A stretch of 64,000 bases of DNA from an uncultured Actinomycetes bacterium (GTDB lineage: Bacteria > Actinomycetota > CADDZG01 > JAHWKV01): assembly GCA_964501265.1 (NCBI GenBank), contig CAZCSK010000008.1:387-64386 (forward strand), given 5' to 3'. Below, piece after piece: positions 55,640 to 63,740 of the stretch. Each line of letters opens with the position of its first letter. Position 1 is the stretch's first letter. Under the pieces are notes generated by a model. The model ran no database searches and was not told the origin of the DNA. It saw only the letters and a program-made list of their open reading frames with translations. The translations under genes and the position numbers were made by a program.

Positions 55640-57466
55640 GGTATAGTCGGCCCGCTCACTGCCGAGGTAATAGTCGACGTCTCCGCGTGGGGGCTCGATC
55701 GTACGCTGACATATGAGATCCCTGAAAAACTCATCGGCAAACTGGTCATCGGGTCCATAGTCCGGGTTCCGCTGCGCGGCCGTCGAACACGAGGGTGGGT
55801 CGTCGCGCTCGACGCGAGTCAGAGTCTGTCGGAGGATCTGTCACCGATTGCGTCGGTGAGTGGGCGCGGTCCGGTGTTCGATGAGGCGCTGCTTGCGATG
55901 GCACGCCGACTTGCGCGTCGCTACGTCCATCCCTTATCGACCTTTCTTTCCCTGTTCACTCCGCCGCGTCTGCAGCGCGGAGCGTTTGACGCTCCTGCGC
56001 CGCAGTTACACACCGGACCGCTACACGTTACAGTGATGCGCCCGAGCCTTCGTGGTGACATCGTCGAACGCTACTCTGCCGAGATCTCCGCCGGCCTGGA
56101 CAAGGGCAAGGGGACGATCGTAGCGGTTCCCGAAGTGCGAGAGGGCTCGCGGGTTCTTGAATCACTCGCCGCGAAGTTCCCGAACGACATTGCAATAGTT
56201 CACAGCGGCCTCGACGATGCCGAACGCTCACGCAACATTTGGAATGTGGCTACCGGGAAGGCAAAGGTGGTGCTGGGTGGACGGGCCTCACTTTTCGTTC
56301 CGCCGCTGCACCTCGGCAATATCATCATTCACGATGAGGACGATAGATCTTTCAAGGATCAACGAACCCCCTACTACGACGCGCGCGAAGTAGCGATCGA
56401 AAGGGCCAGGTTCACGGGTGCTTCCGTGCTGCTGGTGAGTCGCACTCCTTCATTGACAAGCATGCACGAATCAAGCTGGGAGTTGGAGGAACCCGATCGC
56501 ACGACCGAGCGCGCCGCCTGGCCAATCGTCGAGGTTGTGAGGCCACCGAGAACCGGAATGGCTCGCCGCGCAATTGCCGCAATAATCGAAACCCGAAGGC
56601 GCGGGCAGCAATCCCTGGTGCTTTTGCCTCGCGCTCACAGCACGAAAGCGGGCCTTGGGCCGGAGGCCGTGGTGGCATTTCTCGAACGCGTCGTCCCTGG
56701 AGCCCGAATAAGCAGGGCCGATCGCCCCGCCCTGGGCCAGCGTCCCGGAGCCCTTGTGGAGGCACTGAAGGCAGATGTCATCGTTGCAACTGAGGCTGCG
56801 CTTGCCGAGGTGCAGCGGCCGCCCGTCTCTCTAGCGGTCGCCCTGGGGGTTGACACTTATTTTCAACGTCCGAGCCTTGGCGCGGCGGAGGACACGTTCA
56901 GCATTCTTTACAGCCTCGCGACGCTGGTCGCCGGCATTCAGCCCAAAGGACGGCTTGTCGTGGAAACTGAAAGCTCAGACCACCATGTCATCCAGGCACT
57001 GGTACGCGGCGACTATCGATACTTCGCCTCCCACGAACTGGAAGTTCGTAAGGAGTCTTCAAATCCGCCGTTTGTCTCGCTGGTCCGCTTGCGGACTAAC
57101 TCAGCACTAGTCGACCTCGGGGGGGTAGCAGCTTCTAGCGCGCGGGGGTCCGTACGTAAGGGGGCTGCTACCCCCCCGAACCCCCCACTTGATTTCGGGG
57201 GGTTCGCAGCTTCTGGCGCGCGCGGTTCCGCACGTAGGGGGGCTGCTACCCCCCCGAACCCCCCTACCTTGGAAGGTAAGGATTTGATGGAACAGTTGCG
57301 CGGTCTGCCGGGCGTAGAAGTGCTCGGCCCCATTGAGGGCGAAGGGGGAGGGGCCGAGATTCTGCTCAAGGTTACTGACCTCGAACCGATCCTCGACCAA
57401 TTGGGTAGCATCGTATCGCTCCACAAGGGCGACATCCACGTAGAGATGGATCCAAGGCAATGGTGA
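55640..57466 (+). CDS. priA: Primosomal protein PriA homologue with degenerate Walker A and two tandem repeat-derived insertions; start codon uncertain
   Basis: N-terminal VDVSAWGLDRTLTYEIPE... and DEDD/HDED box are present. The expected GxGKT is replaced by TVMRPSLRGD. The frame is open from 55640, but the first ATG is at 55856. Confidence 0.7.
   Translation, partial: GIVGPLTAEVIVDVSAWGLDRTLTYEIPEKLIGKLVIGSIVRVPLRGRRTRGWVVALDASQSLSEDLSPIASVSGRGPVFDEALLAMARRLARRYVHPLSTFLSLFTPPRLQRGAFDAPAPQLHTGPLHVTVMRPSLRGDIVERYSAEISAGLDKGKGTIVAVPEVREGSRVLESLAAKFPNDIAIVHSGLDDAERSRNIWNVATGKAKVVLGGRASLFVPPLHLGNIIIHDEDDRSFKDQRTPYYDAREVAIERARFTGASVLLVSRTPSLTSMHESSWELEEPDRTTERAAWPIVEVVRPPRTGMARRAIAAIIETRRRGQQSLVLLPRAHSTKAGLGPEAVVAFLERVVPGARISRADRPALGQRPGALVEALKADVIVATEAALAEVQRPPVSLAVALGVDTYFQRPSLGAAEDTFSILYSLATLVAGIQPKGRLVVETESSDHHVIQALVRGDYRYFASHELEVRKESSNPPFVSLVRLRTNSALVDLGGVAASSARGSVRKGAATPPNPPLDFGGFAASGARGSARRGAATPPNPPTLEGKDLMEQLRGLPGVEVLGPIEGEGGGAEILLKVTDLEPILDQLGSIVSLHKGDIHVEMDPRQW
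57119..57186 (+). repeat. Palindromic repeat family, first of two tandem copies in frame inside priA
   Basis: GGGGGGGTAGCAGCTTCTAGCGCGCGGGGGTCCGTACGTAAGGGGGCTGCTACCCCCCCGAACCCCCC. Confidence 0.85.
57197..57264 (+). repeat. Palindromic repeat family, second tandem copy in frame inside priA (closest to consensus)
   Basis: GGGGGGTTCGCAGCTTCTGGCGCGCGCGGTTCCGCACGTAGGGGGGCTGCTACCCCCCCGAACCCCCC. Copy-to-copy offset is 78 bp (26 codons). Confidence 0.85.
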
Positions 57467-57467
57467 G

Positions 57468-57986
57468 ATGACGACGTTTACGATTCGACTCTTCGGCGAC
57501 CCCGTCTTACGCCAGCGCGCTGCCGAGGTCGCGGAGGTCGACGATTCTGTCCGCAAGTTAATACGCGACTTAACCGACACAATGCCGGCTTCGGGCCTCG
57601 GTCTTGCCGCGCCCCAGATTGGCATTACGCGCAGGGTCTTCGTTTGGAAAAACGAAGACGACACCGGAGCTCTCGCCAACCCGCGCTTGCTGGAATCGTC
57701 AGGTGAAGTCGAATCCGACGAAGGGTGCCTATCACTGCCGGGCTTAAGTTTTCCAGTTCGAAGAGCGCAGTGGGTTCGTGTCGAGGGGCTCAACGAGTCT
57801 GACCAAAGGGTCGTTCTAGAGGCAACCGACTTGACTGCGCGCATCTTTCAGCACGAAATCGATCACCTCGATGGCGTGCTATTCATCGACCATCTGCCCA
57901 GAGACCTGCAACGCGAGGCACGACGGATGTTGCGCGAACAAATGCTGAGTGGGATGGCGCAAACCACGAGTCCCGGCGGACTCTAA
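57468..57986 (+). CDS. def: Peptide deformylase
   Basis: Motifs GLGLAAPQIG, EGCLS, HEIDHLDG. Confidence 0.9.
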   Translation: MTTFTIRLFGDPVLRQRAAEVAEVDDSVRKLIRDLTDTMPASGLGLAAPQIGITRRVFVWKNEDDTGALANPRLLESSGEVESDEGCLSLPGLSFPVRRAQWVRVEGLNESDQRVVLEATDLTARIFQHEIDHLDGVLFIDHLPRDLQREARRMLREQMLSGMAQTTSPGGL

Positions 57987-58006
57987 ACGCTATCCAGGGG
58001 CGGGGC

Positions 58007-58960
58007 GTGAGAATCGTGTTCTTCGGGACGCCCGAAGCAGCCGTTCCCATACTTGAGTCGCTCACCGCTCATCATGAAGTGGTTGCCGTCGTAACCGCTC
58101 CCGACCGGCCACGAGGACGCGGCCTTGAGGTTGCAGGATCTCCGATCAAGCAAGCAGCGATGGAGGCCGGAATCGATGTCTTTCAGCCGCCAACGCTACG
58201 ACGTGGGCAGCTACCGGCTTGGCCCGAAGCCGATATCTTCGTGGTGGCGGCCTATGGGTTGATTCTTCCCCTCCATGTCCTTTTGCTACCGCCGCGGGGC
58301 TGCCTTAACGTTCATTTCTCCTTGCTTCCCAAACTCAGAGGCGCAGCGCCCGTTCAATGGGCCCTGATCCAGGGGTTGGAACATTCCGGAGTCACGATCA
58401 TGCAAATGGACGAAGGACTCGACACTGGTCCGATCCTCGCGCAGGTCAAAGAGGCGATCACAACGGATGACACCGCGGGGAGTTTGGAGATGCGCCTCGC
58501 GCACACCGGGGCCAACCTGCTCATGGAGACCTTGCAGTCGGTGGAGGCCGGGACCTCGACGCCGGTGCCGCAGAATCACTCCCAGGCGACTCTAGCCCCC
58601 AGCCTCAAACCATCCGATGCCCGCATCGCCTGGGCGCAAACGGCTAACGAAATCTCTAACCGTGTCCGAGCCTTCAACCCAAAACCCGGGGCCTGGACCA
58701 TGTTGGGGAACAGGCGTGTGAAAATTTATCGGGCCACGGGGCGTCAATCCGCGACGCCGGGCAAGCCGGGTGAGATTTTCGTTCCACCGAAAGGTGATCA
58801 TCCACCGAAAGGTGATCATGGGGCCGATGAGATGCTTGTCGTCTGCGGAAGTGGGGGAGTTCTCGTGATCAGCGAGTTACAACTTGAGGGGAAGGACCGA
58901 CTACCAGCGAGCCAATTTTTAAGAGGAGTCCGAATCGAAAGCGGTGAGTGTTTCGAATGA
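58007..58960 (+). CDS. fmt: Methionyl-tRNA formyltransferase (contains an 18-bp tandem duplication, PPKGDH x2)
   Basis: IVFFGTPEAAVP, HFSLLPKLRGAAP. Confidence 0.85.
   Translation: MRIVFFGTPEAAVPILESLTAHHEVVAVVTAPDRPRGRGLEVAGSPIKQAAMEAGIDVFQPPTLRRGQLPAWPEADIFVVAAYGLILPLHVLLLPPRGCLNVHFSLLPKLRGAAPVQWALIQGLEHSGVTIMQMDEGLDTGPILAQVKEAITTDDTAGSLEMRLAHTGANLLMETLQSVEAGTSTPVPQNHSQATLAPSLKPSDARIAWAQTANEISNRVRAFNPKPGAWTMLGNRRVKIYRATGRQSATPGKPGEIFVPPKGDHPPKGDHGADEMLVVCGSGGVLVISELQLEGKDRLPASQFLRGVRIESGECFE
58784..58819 (+). repeat. Perfect 18-bp tandem duplication inside fmt
   Basis: CCACCGAAAGGTGATCAT x2, encoding PPKGDH-PPKGDH. Confidence 0.8.
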
Positions 58961-59613
58961 ACCTTGAGATTGCTCCATCAATCCTGTCGGCCGACTTCTC
59001 GCGCCTCGGGGATGAAATCAAAGCGGTGGAACCTCATGCTTCACGGATACACGTCGACGTCATGGACGGACACTTCGTTCCGAACTTGACCATGGGCCCA
59101 GTCGTCGTGCAATCTATTCGACCGGCTACTCGATTGCCTATCGAAGTTCATCTCATGGTGACCGGCCCTGCTCTCTTCATCGGACCATTCATCGAAGCCG
59201 GCGCCGACCGCATCATCTTCCACGTCGAGACAGTGAATGACCCACTCGCTTTGTGCCGCTTGATAAACGCCGCCGGGGCGTCGGCCGGTGTGGCTCTCAG
59301 TCCCGAAACCGATTGGACGGATGGGGCCGATTGGCTGGAGGCCGCTGATCTAGCGCTCATCATGACTGTGCGACCGGGGTTCGGGGGCCAAACGTTCTTA
59401 CACGAGATGCTCGGAAAAGTCCAAGCGGCACGAAACGGCGCACCCGCTTCGATGGACGTTGAAGTTGACGGGGGCATAGATTCCGCGACTGCTCCCCTAG
59501 CCCGTGATGCCGGTGCAAACGTCTTTGTGGCCGGAAATTCCATCTTCAAAGCGGCCGATCCAGCCAACGCCGCGAAGAGCCTTAGAATCGCAATTCAAGA
59601 GAGGGGCTCGTGA
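58957..59613 (+). CDS. rpe: Ribulose-phosphate 3-epimerase
   Basis: IAPSILSADF, HVDVMDGHFVPN. ATG overlaps the fmt stop (a GTG at 58948 is an alternative). Confidence 0.85.
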   Translation: MNLEIAPSILSADFSRLGDEIKAVEPHASRIHVDVMDGHFVPNLTMGPVVVQSIRPATRLPIEVHLMVTGPALFIGPFIEAGADRIIFHVETVNDPLALCRLINAAGASAGVALSPETDWTDGADWLEAADLALIMTVRPGFGGQTFLHEMLGKVQAARNGAPASMDVEVDGGIDSATAPLARDAGANVFVAGNSIFKAADPANAAKSLRIAIQERGS

Positions 59614-60539
59614 AGCAGACCATCCTTGTTGCCGACGACGACGAGCAGGTACGTCAGTTCGTCGAGTTGACTCTAAAACTCGAAGGGTTCGAGCTAATTA
59701 CGGCGCGAGATGGGGAAGAAGCACTGAAACTTGCGATTGAAGAAATACCGGACCTCATACTCCTCGACATCCGGATGCCGGGCCCGGATGGATTTGAGAT
59801 CTTGCGTCGTTTGAGAGCAGACTCCGCGACCGAGACGATACCCGTAATCTTGCTAACCGCAAAAAACCTATCCTCAGAGAAAGTCGTGGGGCTAGCGGCG
59901 GGAGCAGACGACTACATACTCAAGCCGTTTGACCCGATGGAACTCACGGCGCGCGTGCAATCGACATTGAAACGATCGAAGGGAATGCGTGAGGCCAACC
60001 CGCTGACTGGCTTTCCCGGCAACTTTGCTATCGTGTCGGAACTGGAAGCCCGGGTGTCGTCGGGGGAACCTTTCGCGCTGATGCACATCGATCTCGACAA
60101 CTTCAAAGCGTTCAACGATCGGTACGGGTTTGGGCACGGGGACCAGGCGATTAAACTGCTGGCGAGGCTTCTGCGGAAGTTAGGCCTGGAGAACGATCAA
60201 GGACGTTTCTTCCTCGGACACATCGGCGGTGACGATTTTGCGGTGATTTGCGGCGCCTCCGAGATTGAGCAGGTCGCAAAGAGAATAATTGCAGACTTCG
60301 AAGAAGGGGTTCTAGAACTCTACGACCCGGATGATGTCGCTCATGGATACGTCCTGGTTAAAGACCGTCGCGGGGACATGCAACAGTTTCCCACTATGAC
60401 AGTCTCGATAGGCATCGTTACCAACGTCACGCACACCTTCACGTCCTACCTCGAAGCCAGCGAGATCGCGGGAGAGATGAAGCAGTTCGCCAAACAAAAG
60501 CCAACGAGTTGGTACTCGATCGACCGACGAACCGATTGA
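59610..60539 (+). CDS. Response regulator with receiver domain fused to GGDEF-type diguanylate cyclase domain (variant GGDDF motif)
   Basis: Receiver motifs ILVADDD...DLILLDIRMP. GGDEF-domain landmarks NPLTGFPGN, HIDLDNFKAFNDRYGFGHGD, and HIGGDDFAV. Confidence 0.75.
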   Translation: MKQTILVADDDEQVRQFVELTLKLEGFELITARDGEEALKLAIEEIPDLILLDIRMPGPDGFEILRRLRADSATETIPVILLTAKNLSSEKVVGLAAGADDYILKPFDPMELTARVQSTLKRSKGMREANPLTGFPGNFAIVSELEARVSSGEPFALMHIDLDNFKAFNDRYGFGHGDQAIKLLARLLRKLGLENDQGRFFLGHIGGDDFAVICGASEIEQVAKRIIADFEEGVLELYDPDDVAHGYVLVKDRRGDMQQFPTMTVSIGIVTNVTHTFTSYLEASEIAGEMKQFAKQKPTSWYSIDRRTD

Positions 60540-60559
60540 CGCTCATGGTGCATACTCTT

Positions 60560-60695
60560 TGTAAGAAGTCTTCGGGGCACGGTGAAATTCCGGACCGGCG
60601 GTCATAGCCCGCGAACCTCTCGATAACGAGGGGCCGACCCGGCTTTATTCCGGGGCCGACAGTTACAGACTGGATGGGAGAAGACTTTTGGCGGC
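60560..60695 (+). promoter_or_regulatory. FMN riboswitch (RFN element) upstream of ribD
   Basis: Conserved RFN segments CTTCGGGGCACGGTGAAATTCCGGACCGGCGGT, AGCCCGCGAAC, CCGGGGCCGACAGTTACAGACTGGATGGGAGAAGAC. A GC hairpin follows. Confidence 0.8.
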
Positions 60696-60750
60696 GCCGC
60701 GCGCCGCCTAAGTTCGCATGCCCCGGCGACCAAGAGGACCGGGAGAGCGA

Positions 60751-61845
60751 GTGTCGAAAGCGGAAGACGAATCGTTGATGAAGCGGGCTCTTCGCCTTGC
60801 CGCGAAAGGCGCTGGCATGACGAGTCCGAATCCAATGGTCGGCGCCATCGTCGTTCAGGGGCATCGAATCGTGGGGTCCGGATGGCACCGCTCGGCCGGG
60901 AGTGCGCACGCGGAAACCCTGGCGCTCGACCAAGCGGGAGAGTCGGCCCGCGGCGCCACGTGTTACGTCAATCTCGAACCATGCGCGCATGTTGGAAACA
61001 CTCCGCCGTGCTCCGATGCCCTTATCCAAGCCGGAATCGAACGGGTGGTCGTTGCGATGACCGACCCAGATCCGAGAGTCTCGGGAACCGGAATCGACGC
61101 TTTGCGCCGAGCCGGGATAACGGTGGACACGGGGATTCTCGAGGCGTCGGCTCGCGAACTCAACGACGCCTACACAGTTCATCGCACCATGGGCCGGCCG
61201 TTCGTGACGTATAAGGCCGGCGCGTCATTGGACGGTAGAACTTCCGCCACCGATGGAAGTTCCATGTGGATCACCGGCGAAGCGGCCCGGCGCGATGTTC
61301 ACCGTTTGCGTGCCAAGTCAGACGCCATTTGCGTCGGTATCGGAACCGTGTTGGCAGACAACCCTTCATTGACCTTCAGGGATGTTCGTTCCCACCGGCC
61401 GCCGCTCCGAGTAGTGATCGACTCGCAGGGGCGACTACCTGCGACCGCGAGCGTACTCTCGCCGGGAGCGCCAACACTGGTCATCACGGCCGACGCGCCA
61501 GAGTCTTTCGCGGCCAGCGTTGACGGCCGCGCCGAGGTCGAATACGCGCCGGGCGATGATGGAAGAGTGTCGATCGAAGCGGCACTGAAACTGCTGGGGG
61601 CCAGGGGAGTGGTCTCGTTGCTACTCGAAGGCGGCCCCGTGCTCGCCGGCGCTTTCCAGCGCGCGGAGTTGATCGACCGATACGTGATCTACGTTGCCCC
61701 GAAGCTGCTGGGAAGCGCAGGCGGAAACGGCATCCTCGAAGGTTGGGCGGCTCCGACGATTGAAGATGCGCCTTCGCTTGTGATCCGTTCGATGCGAAAG
61801 ATAGGCGGCGATGTGCGCATCATCGCGGAACCAGTGAGGAACTAG
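60751..61845 (+). CDS. ribD: Bifunctional riboflavin biosynthesis deaminase/reductase RibD (start uncertain; ORF open from ATG 60718)
   Basis: Deaminase zinc motif (HAE...PCAH...C). C-terminal reductase domain. Confidence 0.8.
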   Translation: MSKAEDESLMKRALRLAAKGAGMTSPNPMVGAIVVQGHRIVGSGWHRSAGSAHAETLALDQAGESARGATCYVNLEPCAHVGNTPPCSDALIQAGIERVVVAMTDPDPRVSGTGIDALRRAGITVDTGILEASARELNDAYTVHRTMGRPFVTYKAGASLDGRTSATDGSSMWITGEAARRDVHRLRAKSDAICVGIGTVLADNPSLTFRDVRSHRPPLRVVIDSQGRLPATASVLSPGAPTLVITADAPESFAASVDGRAEVEYAPGDDGRVSIEAALKLLGARGVVSLLLEGGPVLAGAFQRAELIDRYVIYVAPKLLGSAGGNGILEGWAAPTIEDAPSLVIRSMRKIGGDVRIIAEPVRN

Positions 61846-62433
61846 ATGTTTACGGGAATTATTGAAAGCATCGGAGTGATCGATGTGATCTCGGCCCGTG
61901 CACTCACAGTCAAAACAGACCTCGAGCCGCTCAATCCGGGTGAGTCGATCGCGGTCGAGGGAGTCTGCCTCACGGTGACCTCCTGGGAATCCAGCGGGTT
62001 CACCGTCGAACTCTCAGAAGAAACGATGCGCCGGACAACTCTTGGCGAATTGATCGCGGGCCGGACTGTTAATCTCGAACGCCCATTGGCCGCCTCAGCC
62101 CGATTTGGCGGCCACATAGTCCAGGGCCATGTCGACGGCGTTGGGAGGATTGTCGAGATTATCGGATTCGAAGGATCTCAGGAAGTGTCGATCGAAGTCC
62201 CTGCGAATCTCCTTCGTTATCTGGTGGTCAAGGGTTCGGTCGCGGTCGATGGAGTGAGCTTGACTATCTCTGGATTGGACGGCGCTATCTTCAAGGTGGC
62301 CCTGATTCCTCACACAATGCTCGCTTCGACCTTCGGCGGTAAGGCGCAGGGCGATCCCGTCAATATCGAGGTCGACATTATTGCTAAGTATGTTGAGCGC
62401 CTCTTGGGCGCTCGAAAGGAGGATCAAGCATGA
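61846..62433 (+). CDS. ribE: Riboflavin synthase alpha subunit
   Basis: MFTGIIE start and duplicated lumazine-binding halves. Confidence 0.85.
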   Translation: MFTGIIESIGVIDVISARALTVKTDLEPLNPGESIAVEGVCLTVTSWESSGFTVELSEETMRRTTLGELIAGRTVNLERPLAASARFGGHIVQGHVDGVGRIVEIIGFEGSQEVSIEVPANLLRYLVVKGSVAVDGVSLTISGLDGAIFKVALIPHTMLASTFGGKAQGDPVNIEVDIIAKYVERLLGARKEDQA

Positions 62434-63740
62434 CTTTTGCTACCGTCGAAGAAGCCGTCGAAGAACTTCGTCTTGGCCGAATGATCATCGTAGTCGACGA
62501 TGAGAGCCGCGAGAACGAAGGCGATTTCGTCATGGCGGCTGAGACTGTCACGCCCGAGACGATCAACTTCATGGCCCGCGAGGCGGGTGTTCCGATCTGT
62601 GTGCCCATGACTAAGTCCAGGCTTGACGAATTGGGCCTGCCCATGATGGTGTCGGAGAACACATCGCCGCACGGCACGGCCTTCACGGTGTCCGTTGACA
62701 TTAAGATTGCAGGCCACACAGGATCCAGCGCCTTCGACCGGGCCGCAACGATTCGCGCTCTTGCCGATCCCGCCAGTCTCGCATCAGACTTCGTCCGCCC
62801 TGGACATGTCTTCCCGCTGCGCGTGGCGCAAGGTGGAGTATTAAAGAGGTGGGGCCACACCGAAGCCGCCGCCGATCTCGCCACGCTCGCCGGCTTCGCG
62901 CCCGTAGGAGTTGTCGCTGAGATCATGGATTCGAATGGCGAAATGGCGCGCCTTCAACAGCTCCAAGAGCTCGCCAATCGCCACGGATTGAAGGTACTAA
63001 TGATCAAGGACTTGATTGCCTACAGAAGTCACCGAGAGAAATTGATCGAGCGAGTTGCATCGGCCACAATGCCCACCGGGTTCGGCGACTTCACGTGTAT
63101 CGCCTACCAGTCCAAGATCGATGGACAGGAGTATGTTGCCTTCGTCAAGGGCGAGGTCGCGGGGCAGAAGGATGTTCTGGTGCGGGTGCACTCACAATGT
63201 CTCACTGGAGATGTTTTTCAGTCCGCCCGGTGCGACTGCGGCTATCAGTTGCGCGAGGCGATGCGGCTGATCGATGCAGAAGGGCAGGGAGTTGTCCTCT
63301 ACATCATGGCGCACGAGGGTCGCGGTATCGGACTCATGCACAAGATTCGGGCTTACAAACTTCAGGAGGAGGGCCTCGATACGGTGGAAGCAAACGAGCA
63401 GTTGGGCTTTGCTGCCGATCAGCGCGATTACGGGATTGGGGCGCAGGTGCTTGCCGATTTGGGAATCACATCCATGCGTCTTCTCACTAACAGCCCCCAG
63501 AAGTACGCCGGGGTCGAGGGCTATGGCTTGTCGATCACAGAGCGCGTTCCACTTCAAAGCACGGCCACGGAGCAGAACATTGCGTATCTTCGGACCAAGC
63601 GCGACCGCCTCGGGCACTTCCTCGAAGGCTTGGATGAGACAGCTGCGGACGACCTCTCGGGGGGGTTCGGGGGGGTAGCAGCGGCCAACGGAGACGACTT
63701 GAGCGCGCCAGAAACTGCGAACCCCCCGAAGTCAACTTGA
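62430..63740 (+). CDS. ribBA: Bifunctional DHBP synthase / GTP cyclohydrolase II; C-terminal ~24 aa from a reverse-oriented repeat copy
   Basis: DHBP synthase N-half (DENRENEGDF). GCH-II C-half with CxCGYQ zinc site. Confidence 0.9.
   Translation: MTFATVEEAVEELRLGRMIIVVDDESRENEGDFVMAAETVTPETINFMAREAGVPICVPMTKSRLDELGLPMMVSENTSPHGTAFTVSVDIKIAGHTGSSAFDRAATIRALADPASLASDFVRPGHVFPLRVAQGGVLKRWGHTEAAADLATLAGFAPVGVVAEIMDSNGEMARLQQLQELANRHGLKVLMIKDLIAYRSHREKLIERVASATMPTGFGDFTCIAYQSKIDGQEYVAFVKGEVAGQKDVLVRVHSQCLTGDVFQSARCDCGYQLREAMRLIDAEGQGVVLYIMAHEGRGIGLMHKIRAYKLQEEGLDTVEANEQLGFAADQRDYGIGAQVLADLGITSMRLLTNSPQKYAGVEGYGLSITERVPLQSTATEQNIAYLRTKRDRLGHFLEGLDETAADDLSGGFGGVAAANGDDLSAPETANPPKST
63659..63727 (-). 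repeat. Palindromic repeat family, 69-bp copy in reverse orientation forming the ribBA C-terminal tail
   Basis: GGGGGGGTTCGGGGGGGTAGCAGCGGCCAACGGAGACGACTTGAGCGCGCCAGAAACTGCGAACCCCCC. Ends match the reverse complement of the canonical ends; the core has diverged. Confidence 0.8.
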
